This document shows, piece after piece, positions 1 to 11,600 of a stretch of DNA of 64,000 bases; position 1 is the first letter of the stretch; the number at the start of each line of letters is the position of its first letter. The DNA is from Camelus ferus. Lineage: Eukaryota. The stretch is taken from the NCBI RefSeq assembly GCF_009834535.1, contig NC_045717.1, positions 20,212,001 through 20,276,000 on the forward strand. The letters run 5' to 3'. The notes under the pieces were generated by a model. That model did not search any database. It worked only from the letters and a program-made list of their open reading frames with translations, and was not told the origin of the DNA. Made by a program: the position numbers and the translations under genes.

Positions 1-530
1 AATTCCAGGAACATGGACATAAGTAGGAGCTAAGAGAGGAGAGCCTAGTTAAAAATTCCTGAAGATTTTAGGTTTGCAGCTCCTGAAAGGACTCTAGACT
101 CTGAATCAGATGATGGTGATGACAGCAGATATGCTCATCTTATTTATAATCTTAATGGTCATCTGACTACCATTTCAGTGCTTGGTATGAAGAAGGAAGA
201 ATGTTCAAACCATTGATGTGCTACATCTGAAATGAGGTGAAGCTGAGCAGGACACCACAAAGGTTGATGGTATATTGATTCAGATCTTGAAGGCAATGAC
301 TAATATGTGATAAAGGTCAGGAGAGAGGAATAGATTTTCCCCCAAATCTTCTGTACAAGATAATGGTGTTTGTAATCCTCTAGGTGAATGAATTTCAGAT
401 TGTTACTCAAAAATGTGGGTTCCTCTGTTTATGTTGGGGGGAGGGTCATTGGGAGGATAAAAATATTTTTGTATTTGGGAACTCCTGTTGTTTGCTTTCA
501 TTAGCACTGCTTTGTCGGTTACCTGGGAGA

Positions 531-1481
531 ATGATCAGCTACACGGATGCAGGAAACCAAACACGTGTCTCAGAATTCCTCCTCTTGGGACTCTCAGATG
601 AGCCAGAACTGCAGCCCCTCCTCTTCGGGCTGTTCCTGTCCATGTACCTGGTCACCGTGCTTGGGAACCTTCTAATCATCCTGGCTGTCAGCTCTGACTC
701 TCACCTCCACACCCCCATGTACTTTCTCCTCTCCCACCTGTCTTTTTCTGATATTTGTTTCAATTCCACCATAGTTCCAAAAATGCTGGTGAACATCCAG
801 ACAGAGAACAAAGCCATCAGCTATGCAGGCTGCATCATACAGATGTATTTTTTCTCAGTTTTTGTGTGTCTGGACAGCTTACTCTTATTGGCGATGGCCT
901 ATGACCGGTTTGTGGCCATCTGCCACCCCCTGCACTACACGGTCATAATGAACCCCCAGCTCTGTGGTCTGCTGGCTCTCGTCTCCTGGTCTCTCAGTGT
1001 CCTAGTGTCTCTCCTCCACAGTCTCATGGTATTGCATCTCTCGTTCTGCATGCAAACAGAAATCCTGCACTTCTTCTGTGAATTGGTTGAGGTGCTCAAG
1101 TCTGCCTGTTCTGATGCTCTCAGCAACTACACTGCACTGTATTCTGTGAGTGGTCTGCTAGGTTTTATTCCACTGACTGGGATCCTTTTCTCTTACTGTA
1201 AGATTATTTCCTCCATACTGAAAATGTCCTCAGTGGAGGGTAAGTCCAGAGCTTTTTCCACCTGTGGGTCTCACCTAACAGTCATTTCCTTATTCTACGG
1301 GACAGGGTTAGGAGTGTGTCTCAGTTCTGCCTCTTCCCCCTCCTCCGCGAGGAAGGCAACTGCCTCAGTGATGTACACTGTGGTCACCCCCATGCTGAAC
1401 CCCTTCATCTACAGCCTGAGGAACAGGGACCTGAATGGGGCCCTGAGGAAACTGGCCAGCAGGTGTTTCTTCTCTCTGTGA
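531..1481 (+). CDS. Olfactory receptor, family 7 (OR7D/OR7E-like), intact single-exon ORF of 316 aa
   Basis: ATG at 531 ([11 protein letters not shown], with an N-glycosylation sequon). OR motifs present: [43 protein letters not shown]. No internal stop. The listed 384 start is probably an upstream artefact. Confidence 0.92.
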   Translation: MISYTDAGNQTRVSEFLLLGLSDEPELQPLLFGLFLSMYLVTVLGNLLIILAVSSDSHLHTPMYFLLSHLSFSDICFNSTIVPKMLVNIQTENKAISYAGCIIQMYFFSVFVCLDSLLLLAMAYDRFVAICHPLHYTVIMNPQLCGLLALVSWSLSVLVSLLHSLMVLHLSFCMQTEILHFFCELVEVLKSACSDALSNYTALYSVSGLLGFIPLTGILFSYCKIISSILKMSSVEGKSRAFSTCGSHLTVISLFYGTGLGVCLSSASSPSSARKATASVMYTVVTPMLNPFIYSLRNRDLNGALRKLASRCFFSL

Positions 1482-1739
1482 TGAGCCATGGGTGCTGGGA
1501 CTAGAGAATTACTGATAAGCAAGGATCAAAGCTCTGACAGTCAGAAATACCAGTCTGACTTCTTCGAGCATATGTCTTATCCCTCTTTTTCTGAAATTCA
1601 TCACTTGGGTTTCTTCTGAGTTTATACACCCATGAGCAACCACTTCCCAAGAACTTCCTTTAGTGTCATTTATCTCCTCTTTCCTGTGCAGAAATGTTCG
1701 TCCTTTGCCTCCTCCTCATTACCATTAGACGTATCAAGA

Positions 1740-2420
1740 TAATCATCTATTCATCTACTAGATGATGGCCAGACTGAAAATACCATATCCACAATGGATG
1801 GCTAGACTGAAAATACCAAGAGCCAGCAAGGACTTGAAACAATGAGAACATTCAAACACTGCTAGTCGAAGTATAAATGGATGCAATTACTTTGGCACGT
1901 CTACCAAATCTAAACATACTCCTGTCCTACAGCATAGCTCTCCCACTCTTAGGTATATACTTGACAGAAATGAATGCTTAAAAGGTTTACAGCAGTGGTT
2001 TTTATGACAGCACCAAACTGAAAATAATTCAAATGCCCATTGCTGGTAGAATGGATAAATAAACTATGGTATACCAAAATACAGAAAGCTCCATGCCAGT
2101 ATAAAAAGAACAGATTACTGCTATGCACTACGTATGACAACAGAGACAAATCTCAAAGACAATTCTGAGTGACATGAAAATATATATATTATACGATTCC
2201 ACTTACATGAAATTTAAGAGCAGGCAAAACCACTGATGAAGATAAGAGTCAGAACAGTGGGCACCTTGGTGAGGGGAGGTATTGACTGGGAAAGGGCATG
2301 AAGACACTTTCTGGGTGATGGACATGTTTTGTATCTTGATCTACTAGGTAAGTAGCTGCATGAGTGTAATACATCAGAAAAGTTCTTCATGTGTTTAAGA
2401 TCCATGCATATTACTGTATC
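1740..2420 (+). mobile_element. Old L1M LINE 3' fragments
   Basis: Typical L1 ORF2-end and 3'UTR wording (gtataaatgg..., aatggataaataaactatggtat, acttacatgaaattt..agagcaggcaaaac). Boundaries are approximate. Confidence 0.7.
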
Positions 2421-2867
2421 ATACCTCAATTAAAATAAAACTGGGACACTGCCAATTATAGAAAGGACTGACATGGTGCTCACAGAAAGCTGTGTCTTCA
2501 AATATTAACATACGTCATTCAAAATTTAGGTTTACTTTCCTAGATGAAGTCTAGGAAGAAAAAAAGGTATACAATTCTCAGGGAGGAAATAAAATTCACT
2601 CATTTGCCTAAATACCTTTGCTTATATTGATAAGAAACTATCTGAAACCTCTTATTTAGACTTCTTCTAGTCCTGTTCTTCACTAATTTACTCTCTTCGC
2701 TACTGTTTACTAAAAATCTAGACTGTGTGCTTCCTGGAAACCAAGATCGGTATTTGGCAAACTTTGGTCTGACTGTGTATATAGCAAGTCTATAATACAG
2801 TGTAGGCACTCAAATATTTGTTAAATGAATGAAACCAAATTTGGAAATAAGTTTGGATTAACAGGGT

Positions 2868-2973
2868 TTTTTATACTTTTAAAATTTATTTTTTAATGGA
2901 GGTGCTGGGGATTGAAGCCAGGAACTCGTGCATGCTAAGCACACACTCTACCAGTGAGCTAGACCCTCTCCCC
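2868..2973 (-). mobile_element. tRNA-Ala-derived SINE (camelid Vic-1-like)
   Basis: Reverse complement gives ggggagagggtctagctcactggtagagtgtgtgcttagcatgcacgagttcctggcttcaatcccc plus an A-rich tail; taacagg flanks both sides. Confidence 0.85.
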
Positions 2974-3040
2974 GGGACTAACAGGTTATAGAACCTTATA
3001 GCTGGGAAAGTCCTTTGTGTCATTCATGGAACTTCATAAG

Positions 3041-3446
3041 TTTTTTTTTAAGAGCTCAGCTTTTTATTCAATGTGTTACTATAGAGGTTTAGTCAAAAAG
3101 ACCAAAGCCCACGTCATCATCAGACTCCTCGGATTCTTCTTTCTTTGCTTCCACTTTCTTCTCCTCAGCTGGGGCAGCAGTGGTGGAGGTGGCAGGACCT
3201 CCTGCTGGTGCAGCATCAGCTGCTCAGGCAAGCCCACCAGTCCCTATGTCGCAGGTGAGGCTCCCGATGTTGACATTGGCCAGAGCCTTTGCAAATAAGC
3301 CTGGGCAGAAAGGTTCAACATTTACATCAGCTGCTTTAATGAGGGCTTTGATCTTATCATCCGTGACCATCACCTCATCATTGTGCAGGATGAGGGCCGA
3401 GTAGATGCAGGAGAGCTAGGAGACCAAGGCCATGGTGCAGGAGAGC
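3041..3446 (-). pseudogene. RPLP1: RPLP1 processed pseudogene (CDS remnant 3089-3433)
   Basis: Translates MALVS*LSCIYSALILHNDEV...FAKALANVNIGSL...LA*AA...[25 protein letters not shown]. It has 115 codons, two in-frame stops, no introns, AATAAA at 3063-3068, an A-tail and a TSD (tcataag+Tn at 3034 and 3447). Confidence 0.95.
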
Positions 3447-3682
3447 TCATAAGTTTTTTTTTTTTTTTTTTAATGAGAGGGTGGATTTCCTTGAGCAAGA
3501 GTGAATTTCCAGTGGATTCACTGATGGCAAGAGCTGCTTTGGGGAAGAAAAATGAATCTGTTCTGTGAGTGCCTTATAGAATTTATTTTATATTGTAGTT
3601 CACTCTGGAAATAAATGTAGCAGTGATCTTTATAGCAGCCCTTCACATCCTCGATGGAAGCTCTCATTTCCCCATTAGTACT

Positions 3683-4071
3683 TGTTATGGTCTGAGTATC
3701 TGTGTCCCCGTAACATTCATGTCAAAACCCTATCCTGCAATGTGATTGTATCAGGAGGTAGGGCTTTCAGGAGGTAATTAAGATTAGATGAAGTCACAAG
3801 GATGGAGACCTTATGATTGGGTTCATTCTTTTCTGAGAGTCATGAGAAAGCTTGTCTTTTCTCTCTGCTTTCTGCCCTGTGAGAATAAAATGAGAAGTGG
3901 ACCGTCTGTAACCCATAAGAGAGTCTATAACTTGGAAGACAGTCTTCACCAGAACTTGATCATTCTGGCACCCTGATCTCAGACTTCCAGCCTCCAGAAC
4001 CATGAGAAGTACATTTCTGTTATAAGCCCCCCAGTTTATGCTGTTTTGTTACAGCAGTCCAAACTAAGACT
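3683..4071 (+). mobile_element. MaLR LTR (MLT1A/B-like)
   Basis: Starts tgttatggtctga...; contains ctgatctcagacttccagcctccagaaccatgaga; ends gcagtccaaactaagac. Confidence 0.85.
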
Positions 4072-6930
4072 GCACTCTTCAAGTAAATGGAAGAATTTGT
4101 GTAACACATCCATTTTACAATACAATTTCCCAAATAACCAATATCCTCTCTGTACACTCTGATCTGTCAGGAAAGAAAATGGGTAATGGGCTTTATCTCT
4201 AGAATAATGAGACTGGGACAGTCAGGTATTTATTTCGTCTATATAGTGAAGTCCCCGTACTTCGAAGGTGCTTTAGTTTCTACTGAAACCAGTCTTTTCC
4301 AGCTCTTGCTGTTTCCTTCTTTCTTTGGAATCTAGAGCCTTTTCCCAATAAGAGTATTTTCCCAGAGAATCTCCTCCTCGTCTCTGCTCTCTCCCACAAT
4401 TGTAGGCTGCTATTCAATTTCCTGTGCCTGATCAATTACTAACTACGCACTGTAGATTCATTTTGCACCATGTGTTGTCTGTTTTATTCCTAATATGATT
4501 GGATTTTTCTACGATATTCCATAACTATTTTTGCAGCAGATTCAACTTAACTGATAGGACTTACTAGTTCCGTTTGATTGTTGTCACTGTTTCACTTTAG
4601 TGTCCACAACATCATCAAGTATCATACATTACATCAAATAATGTAATTACTTTTGATTTTTGCCCTTTCCCTATTTCCTCCTATTACTCATTCTTCCTCT
4701 CATGGCTCAATATTCGTATTTCAGAGAGGCCTCTTCCACCCACCTCCTCAGGGCAAATTGGTCCTCAATTCTGTTGCCTCTTTAATGAATTAGCAATCTC
4801 TAGGCATTAATAACACTGAAACTTCTATCATAAAGGACGCCAACATTTATTTTCAAACCTTACATTTGCCTCTCAGTTTTTACAAATTTGATTTATAGAA
4901 GCTTTGAATATTTTAAATCCAATCTATCAATCTTGTTTTGCAATTAATTCCAGAGATTTTTTTAGTGCAACACATCCTCACTTGCAAGCATGAACACGTG
5001 AGCCTACACTCTCATACGTGATTTGTAATTTATTTTAATGGTTTTGTGATCTTGTTTCCTCCTCTTTTCTATGTAGTTCATATGCTTTCCCCTCTTCTTG
5101 GAAGAATCCACCTGGCAGGCAGTCTCTGAAAGGGAGCCACAGGGATTGTCATTAATTAAAAGTGCTGCATGGAGGGCAAAAGAGGTAAAAGACCTGTTGT
5201 GTTTGCAATGACCAGAGTTTCATCTTCGACGGCTACCCCTGTTTAAGGGGAATATTGATTAATGGGAGTCACGCAAGACAGAAGTTAAGACTAGAAGATC
5301 ACATTTATCAGGTGTCCACTGTATGTCACAAGAACCACGCTCCTCAATCGAGGAGCCCCTTGTCTGTAATGGGCCATAGGCCTCAGAACTAAGTGGACAC
5401 TGTGGGCCCCAAAGGCAGGATGTTGCAAATTTAAATCTCTTAGTTCTTCTTCTCCCCTAAAAGACATGCTCATTTCTTCTATTTCCAAAAGTGACTTCAC
5501 TTTTGTTTTTGTGTTACATTTCTCCTCAGCAACTTCCTTGGTAATTCTCTTTTGACATTTCTTTCATATATGCCGCCTATAAAGTTCCATGTTTGGTCAG
5601 CTTTTTTGCAGCCACCCTTACAATTTCTAACTTTAGATGTAAAGCACTTATCATATCAAGTGCTGACGTGGTTGCCACCAAATTTATCCTCCTGAATGTT
5701 GGTGCTCTTCACCCTCCTTTGGCTGTGTGCTTGTTTTCCCCGGAGGAAATGGGATGAAAATCATACAATAGTCATAACAGTGCTTACCACAGCAGAACTG
5801 TGCTTGTTTCTTCCCATGTATGACTTCATATCATCTTGAAAAACATTTCTTTGAGATACTTTCTCTCATTCACCCCACTTTTCAAAAGAAGAGACTGAGA
5901 CTGACTCAGACTATGACCTCAGACTATGACCTGGCTGGTTGACACCGATTCTGCCATCCTACTTTTTATAGGAAGAGAGATGTGGTTTTCAATTTCAAAG
6001 TAGGAATCTAGATTTGAAAGATGATTTGTTGATATGACTGATAGTAATATGCTGCCTAGGAAAGCTCAGATGTTGCTTCATTCTTTGTGATCGTCCTTCC
6101 TTCTTTCCTTTCTTCTGTTAGACCCTTACTTCCTATTATGGCAGTTTTAAGATACATTCTCTAAGATCCCAAGACATGTAACAATGAATACAATAGAATA
6201 AGAGTTGTTTTCTCACATGGTTTAATTTTTTTCTCTGGGACTCTCTGGAGGTTTCATCTGGAATGGTAGTTATGCATATGTGGAATGTTTGGAACTTGGC
6301 TCTCTTTTTGAGGAGACCGTTATTAGAGCTGATCGTGCTGTGAAGGATGGAGTAGTAGATGTTGTCAACATTCCTCCCACCATCCCTGGGATCCTCTCAA
6401 AATCTCCATTGCATGACTGCTGATAGCCAGCACCAGCTGAAACATACTTTGTCCAATATGTGGTGGCAGAAGTGACAGGGCATTATGCTCCATCAGAGAC
6501 AGCCCATGACGGAGAGGTGTGGAGTATATCATGATAATGAAATCTGCCTGAAATTCCTTTCCTTGATGCCAAGATCATTTCAAGGCATATAATGAAAGTA
6601 AGTGGATATGGCCATCTCCATTGCTTTGGAGATTAGGTTATCTAAAATTGTGCTTCAGATCAATCATTAATCAACAGATTAATTATCAGTCTTCCAACAC
6701 GATAAATTAGCTCTTTCTCTGAAGATAACATGTGTGAAAGCTACAAAAGCAGTATGCCCTATATATAAGACTATCACTAACATCAGTTGTCATTTACTAA
6801 GGACCATTATGAGCCAGATGTCTCATTAGGAGACTGTAGCTCACAAGTACTCAAGCTCACAACTTGAATATTTGAATCTACTGTTTCAATTATGAATTTT
6901 GTATGATCTAAACACAAAACACATATACCT

Positions 6931-7083
6931 GGGGGGAGGGTATAGCTCAAGTGGTAGAGTGCATGCCTGGCATGCACAAGGTCCTGGGTTCAATTCCCAG
7001 TACCTCCTCCTAAATAAACAAACAAACAAACCTAATTACCTCCCTCCCCCCACCAAAAAAAAAGTAAAAAAAAAGTGTTTAAA
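6931..7083 (+). mobile_element. tRNA-Ala-derived SINE (camelid Vic-1-like)
   Basis: A box tagctcaagtggtaga, B box gggttcaattccc, A-rich tail and TSD aaaacacatatacct on both sides. Absent from the paralogous site near 19610. Confidence 0.92.
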
Positions 7084-8322
7084 AAAACACATATACCTGA
7101 TAAAACTTGCGTGCAGTGAATACTGAATGCTTCAAGTGAAGAAAATAATGTAAAGATCTCAATTTTTTCATACTGATCCGTGCTTATGTAATATTTAACA
7201 TATATGAGGTAACATAAAATACATTCTTAGAAATAATCTCATTGACCACTTATGGACCATCAAACAATTTGCTATTCCCCACAAAAATGTTTCAGTATAC
7301 ATAAACACAAGTAAGAGAAACACAAAAACAGAATTACAACATACAAATCAAATAAGACTCACATAAAATGTCTGTGCACAACAGAATATAAACCAAAATA
7401 CTGTTATTTCTGAATATGTATTTGTATATTTTACTTAAGATGAAAGTGAGTAAGATATTCTTTTTAAAACAAATACCTTCAAATTAAAACTAAAAAATTT
7501 TCCTTATATTTCTTCATAATAAATTTTAGACATGTTTTTCAAAAGTTGATCAGAAACTACAAATGACCCAAGACCTGTGGAAGGGCATTTACAATATCCA
7601 GTCAAAGTAAATGTATATTTTCGCCTTTGATGTGGGAAGCCAAAATGAGGAGCTTACCCTGTAAATCATGTGAAACTATATACAGATGTTTATTCACTGC
7701 AAGTTATTAACAGATGCTAAAATAAATGATAGGGAACGACATTCTGAGTATCAAAATATCACTCCACATATGACTTTTTTATTCTATGGAAAAGTCCATC
7801 TTTAAAACAGAGAGCTCTGGTGATCCATACGTTAAGCAAATAAGCAAACTTAGCATGCCTAATCATAGGATAGCATAAATTTACAAGTTTGTCAACCTCT
7901 GCTCTGGACCCAAATACCAGTTCACAAGAAAAAAGAGACATGGAGGAAACATTTAAACACACTGAAAATAAAAGGAGAAATATCAAAATGTGTGACTTTC
8001 AAAAAGAAAGCATGTGACTCTTCAAAGAGTCAATATAATGAATATAATAGACAAACAGTAGCAATTGATCTAGGTTAAAAAAGACTAAAAGACATAAGCA
8101 ATAGTCACATATAAACCCTGACTGAATTTAAATAACAAAACTACCAAAACCACATGTTGGAACAATGTGGAAAAGTTCCATTTTGGGAGAGTAGATGTTA
8201 GATGATATTACATCATGTACGCAATTTATCTTCAACTTACTCCCAAACAGTTCACCATAGTAAGTATTCATAAATCTACAGAGAGAATAAACATGCAAAA
8301 TGCTGAAAGTGAGTGAATCTAC

Positions 8323-8947
8323 TGAGAAAGGAAGAGAGCAGGGCACAGCCAATAAAGGAGTAACACAGCAAGTAACACAAGAATGGCAAAAGATTCAACC
8401 CCCAGTAGGCCTTGAGGCTCAAGATAGTGGGAGACTTGACTTCCAGTAGAACTTGAGCTTCATTACATGCCCATCGTAATATATTAACACAGTGAACAAC
8501 AAGCCCATGGGCGCCATGGCAGTCGCAAGGCTAGCCACAAAAGGTCAGAGTGGGAAATAGCCAACTTCCTGGGAATCCTGGCCTCTTCCCCAGGCTAGTT
8601 AGACTGGTCCTTCACTCAGCATATGAAGCCACTTAGCCCATAAAAACCGGCAACAAGGCGTCTCGTGGCTGCCGTCTCTCTCTTCCCCTCAAGAGAGATG
8701 ACCCACACTCTGTCTATGGAGTGTGCACCTACTTTTACTCTGAGCACCAAACCCCCACACCTCATGGCCTTTCTCTTGCCTTCTCAAGTATCTCTAAATA
8801 AATCTACCTTTACTCAACTATGGCTTGCTCTTAAATTCTTTCCCACGCAAAGTCAAGGACCCACACTTGGTGGGGCACGTCCCAGGGGCTCAAACGAGGC
8901 CTGGTACACAGCCCTCCTCACGCCCCACATCCATTTTTCCTGCATCA
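8323..8947 (+). mobile_element. ERV1-class solo LTR
   Basis: TG...CA termini and a 4-bp TSD ctac (8319-8322 and 8948-8951). Contains a TATA-like cataaaa and AATAAA. The paralog near 24340 shows the empty site. Confidence 0.85.
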
Positions 8948-9419
8948 CTACTACAACAAACATTCATTGTACTGGGTGTTCAAATTTTCTTGAGGTTTAA
9001 GATTTTACAAAAGAAAACTGTGGGGATAAAACACTTAGTCCAAACATCCAGTTAACTGTAAACTCAATTATCCAAGAACTAGTATCATAAAGCCTCCACC
9101 TTATCTCTTGGAGGCCCCGGTTTTGACTCTGGGAATGCAGGGCCCTAGGAATTTCAGATGACAAGGTAGTTGAGTATCTCGCTATTCTTAAAAACAAAAC
9201 AAAACAAAACAAAACAAAACTGATCTACATACGTTTAAATTTATATACAGAAATACGCGCATCCTTGAAACCGAAGAAAACATCTTTCTACTTCTGTTTA
9301 ATATTCAGAACCAAAGAATGCCTGCAGACAAAGCCAAATTCTCAAATGAAACAATCTTTGGCACTTAAAAAAAAAAAAAAAAACAAGGCCTTTTGAACAG
9401 ACTTTTCCACAGTACTCAC

Positions 9420-10080
9420 CGGAACATGGCGTGATCATCAGGCCTTGATAACTGGAGGCGCGGAAGTCTGAGCAACGCTGACTGGAACAGAGGAAATTCT
9501 TTCCCTCGCGGATTCAAGTCACAAAGGCCACACTGGAAGTTTTTGAACAAGGAAGCACAGAGGATGAAAACACCGCGTGGACGCACTCTTACTGCAATTC
9601 CCAACCAGGCTGAAGGCCGCGGCACAAGTCCCGGCGGACGTGGGTGAAGGGCCAAACTTGCCCTTTAACACGCTCCTTACATCCCAGAGCCTTTCCTTCA
9701 TATCTCCCTCCCCATGCACAGGCCGAACCACACGACGACCCACTAACGTGACTTGCTCCACCGGGCGCAGAGCCACGGGAAAGACCGCCGCGGACCAGTG
9801 ACGCCACTTCCGCTTCCTGCCTCGGCCGTAGGGGGCGGGGCTCGGGAATTCTACCTACAGATCGAGTTCAACCATTGCAGGCAGGGAAACTGCAGTTTCT
9901 CCCGCGTGGGTACTGAGGGGCATTGGGGTCGCTGCAGCGCGGGGACTAGGTGTAAGAAGCAGGCCCAGCGGATGAGGTGAGGGCTGGAAACCGGTCTGTA
10001 GGCGTGGCTACGCGTGGTAGGCGAGGCCCATACTCGGAAGTGGTGTTGGAGGCGGGACGAGGCCCAGCGCCGGGTTTAGA
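9420..10080 (-). promoter_or_regulatory. Orphan ZNF-type CpG-island promoter and non-coding exon 1
   Basis: CpG-dense, with tandem ETS/GABPA sites (cacttccgcttcc, about 9806-9818) and a GC box. The donor CCG|gtgagt at 9420/9419 matches the donors at 24945 and 49866. Confidence 0.75.
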
Positions 10081-10239
10081 GTTCAGAAAGGAGAGGCTAG
10101 GGTTGGGTTTTCATCTCGTGGGATGCTCCTGAAAAGCTTCTCTACCTGCCTATTCTCACCTTCCTGGCACACTTACAATGATTCTTCCATATTGATAAGC
10201 CTGCTGATTCTTGAGATGATCTATCTCCTCCATTCAGTT

Positions 10240-11600
10240 AATCCTGTATTTGACCTTTATTTACCATTAAAATTTTTTTTTCTAATTTTTTTTTAATCTT
10301 GAAAAAAAGAAAAAGCACAAGTTCTCTTGTAGTAAGTACATAGCAAAGAACTCCCACCCCAAACCACTGGGGGTTTATTTGGAAATCTGGTATCACATTA
10401 TCCTTTAATATATTAGACATGCTCATACACAACCATAATACAACCATCAAAATCAGGATTCACCCTATAATTACGGGCACCTAATCCTCAGATCTCTTTC
10501 AAATTTTGTCGGTTGTCCCAATAATGTCTTTTAGAGCAAAGAGACAGATCAGAATCACGTGTTGCTTTTAGTAGTCGTCTCTAAGTCCTTGTTTTTAATT
10601 GAAGGGTAGTTGGTTTACAATATTACATTAGTTTCAGGCGTACAGTATAGTGATTCAGTATTTTTGCAGATTATACTCCATTATAGATTATTACAAAATA
10701 GTGGCTATAATTTCCTGTGATATACAGTATATCTTTGTTTTTATATATAGTTTGTATCTGCTCATCCAAACCCCTAATTTGTCCCTGCCCACTTTGGTAA
10801 CCAAATTTTGTTTTTAATTTCTGTGAGTCTCCTTCTTTCTTGCATACACATTATTTGTATTCTATTTTAGATCCACATATACGTGATAACATACAGTATT
10901 TGTCTTCCTTTGTCTGACCTATTTCACTAAGCATAATATTCTCCAGGTCCACTCCTATTGTTGCAAATGGCAGTATTTTTTTTTGGCTAATATTTCATTT
11001 TATATATATGTGTGTGTATATATGTGTGTATATATATATGTAATTATAAAACCACCTCTTAATCCAATTATCTGTTGGTGGGCACTCTGGTTATTTCATG
11101 TGTTGACTATTGTAGTAAATGGTGCTGCTATGAACTATGGGGTGCATGTATTTTTTTCAAATTGCTATTTTCATTTTTTCTGGATGTATAGCCAAGAGTG
11201 GAATTGCTAGANNNNNNNNNNNNNNNNNNNNNNNNNNNNNNNNNNNNNNNNNNNNNNNNNNNNNNNNNNNNNNNNNNNNNNNNNNNNNNNNNNNNNNNNN
11301 NNNNNNNNNNNNNNNNNNNNNNNNNNNNNNNNNNNNNNNNNNNNNNNNNNNNTTTTGATGACAGCCATTTTGACAGGAATGAGGTGAAACCTCATTGTGG
11401 TTTTGATTTGCATTTCTCTAATAATTAGCAATATTAAATATTTTTCATGCACCTGTTAGCCATCTGTATGTCTTTGGGAAAATGTGTATTCAGGTCTTCT
11501 GCCCATTTATTGATTGACTTGTTTGATTTTTTTTATATTGAATTGTATGAGCTCTTTGTATATTTTGGATATTAACCCCTTGCTGGTTGTATCATTTGCA
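10240..11600 (-). mobile_element. Nested L1 fragments (old L1MC-like plus a younger L1 3' end), with N-run 11212-11352
   Basis: Reverse L1 3'UTR and ORF2 C-terminus; the ORF track reads REMQIKTTMRFHLIPVKMAVIK. Confidence 0.85.

Larger units (their letters stand above)
6335..10240 (-). repeat. Diverged paralogous copy of the ZNF promoter/intron-1 block at about 19130-25760
   Basis: Alignable by eye: 6540-7230 with 19225-19740; 7985-8322 with 23315-23439 plus 24045-24340; 8950-9060 with 24345-24450; 10140-10235 with 25665-25760. Confidence 0.85.

Noticed and set aside
384-530. 49-aa N-terminal extension of the OR ORF
   Set aside because: It starts from a non-ATG codon in the ORF track and has no OR similarity; ATG 531 gives a normal length.
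5907-5932. Short tandem duplication cagactatgacct x2 (and one of about 39 bp at 1765-1825)
   Set aside because: Ordinary slippage-type micro-duplications with no functional context.
6931-7010. tRNA-like cloverleaf (also at about 2900, 22000, 34560, 51260, 55760 and 59640)
   Set aside because: Each has an A-rich tail and TSDs and is diverged in the stems, so these are tRNA-Ala-derived SINEs and not tRNA genes.
9889-9900. 12-bp palindrome aaactgcagttt in the orphan promoter
   Set aside because: It is short, could arise by chance, and is not kept as a palindrome in the paralog (about 25413-25430).
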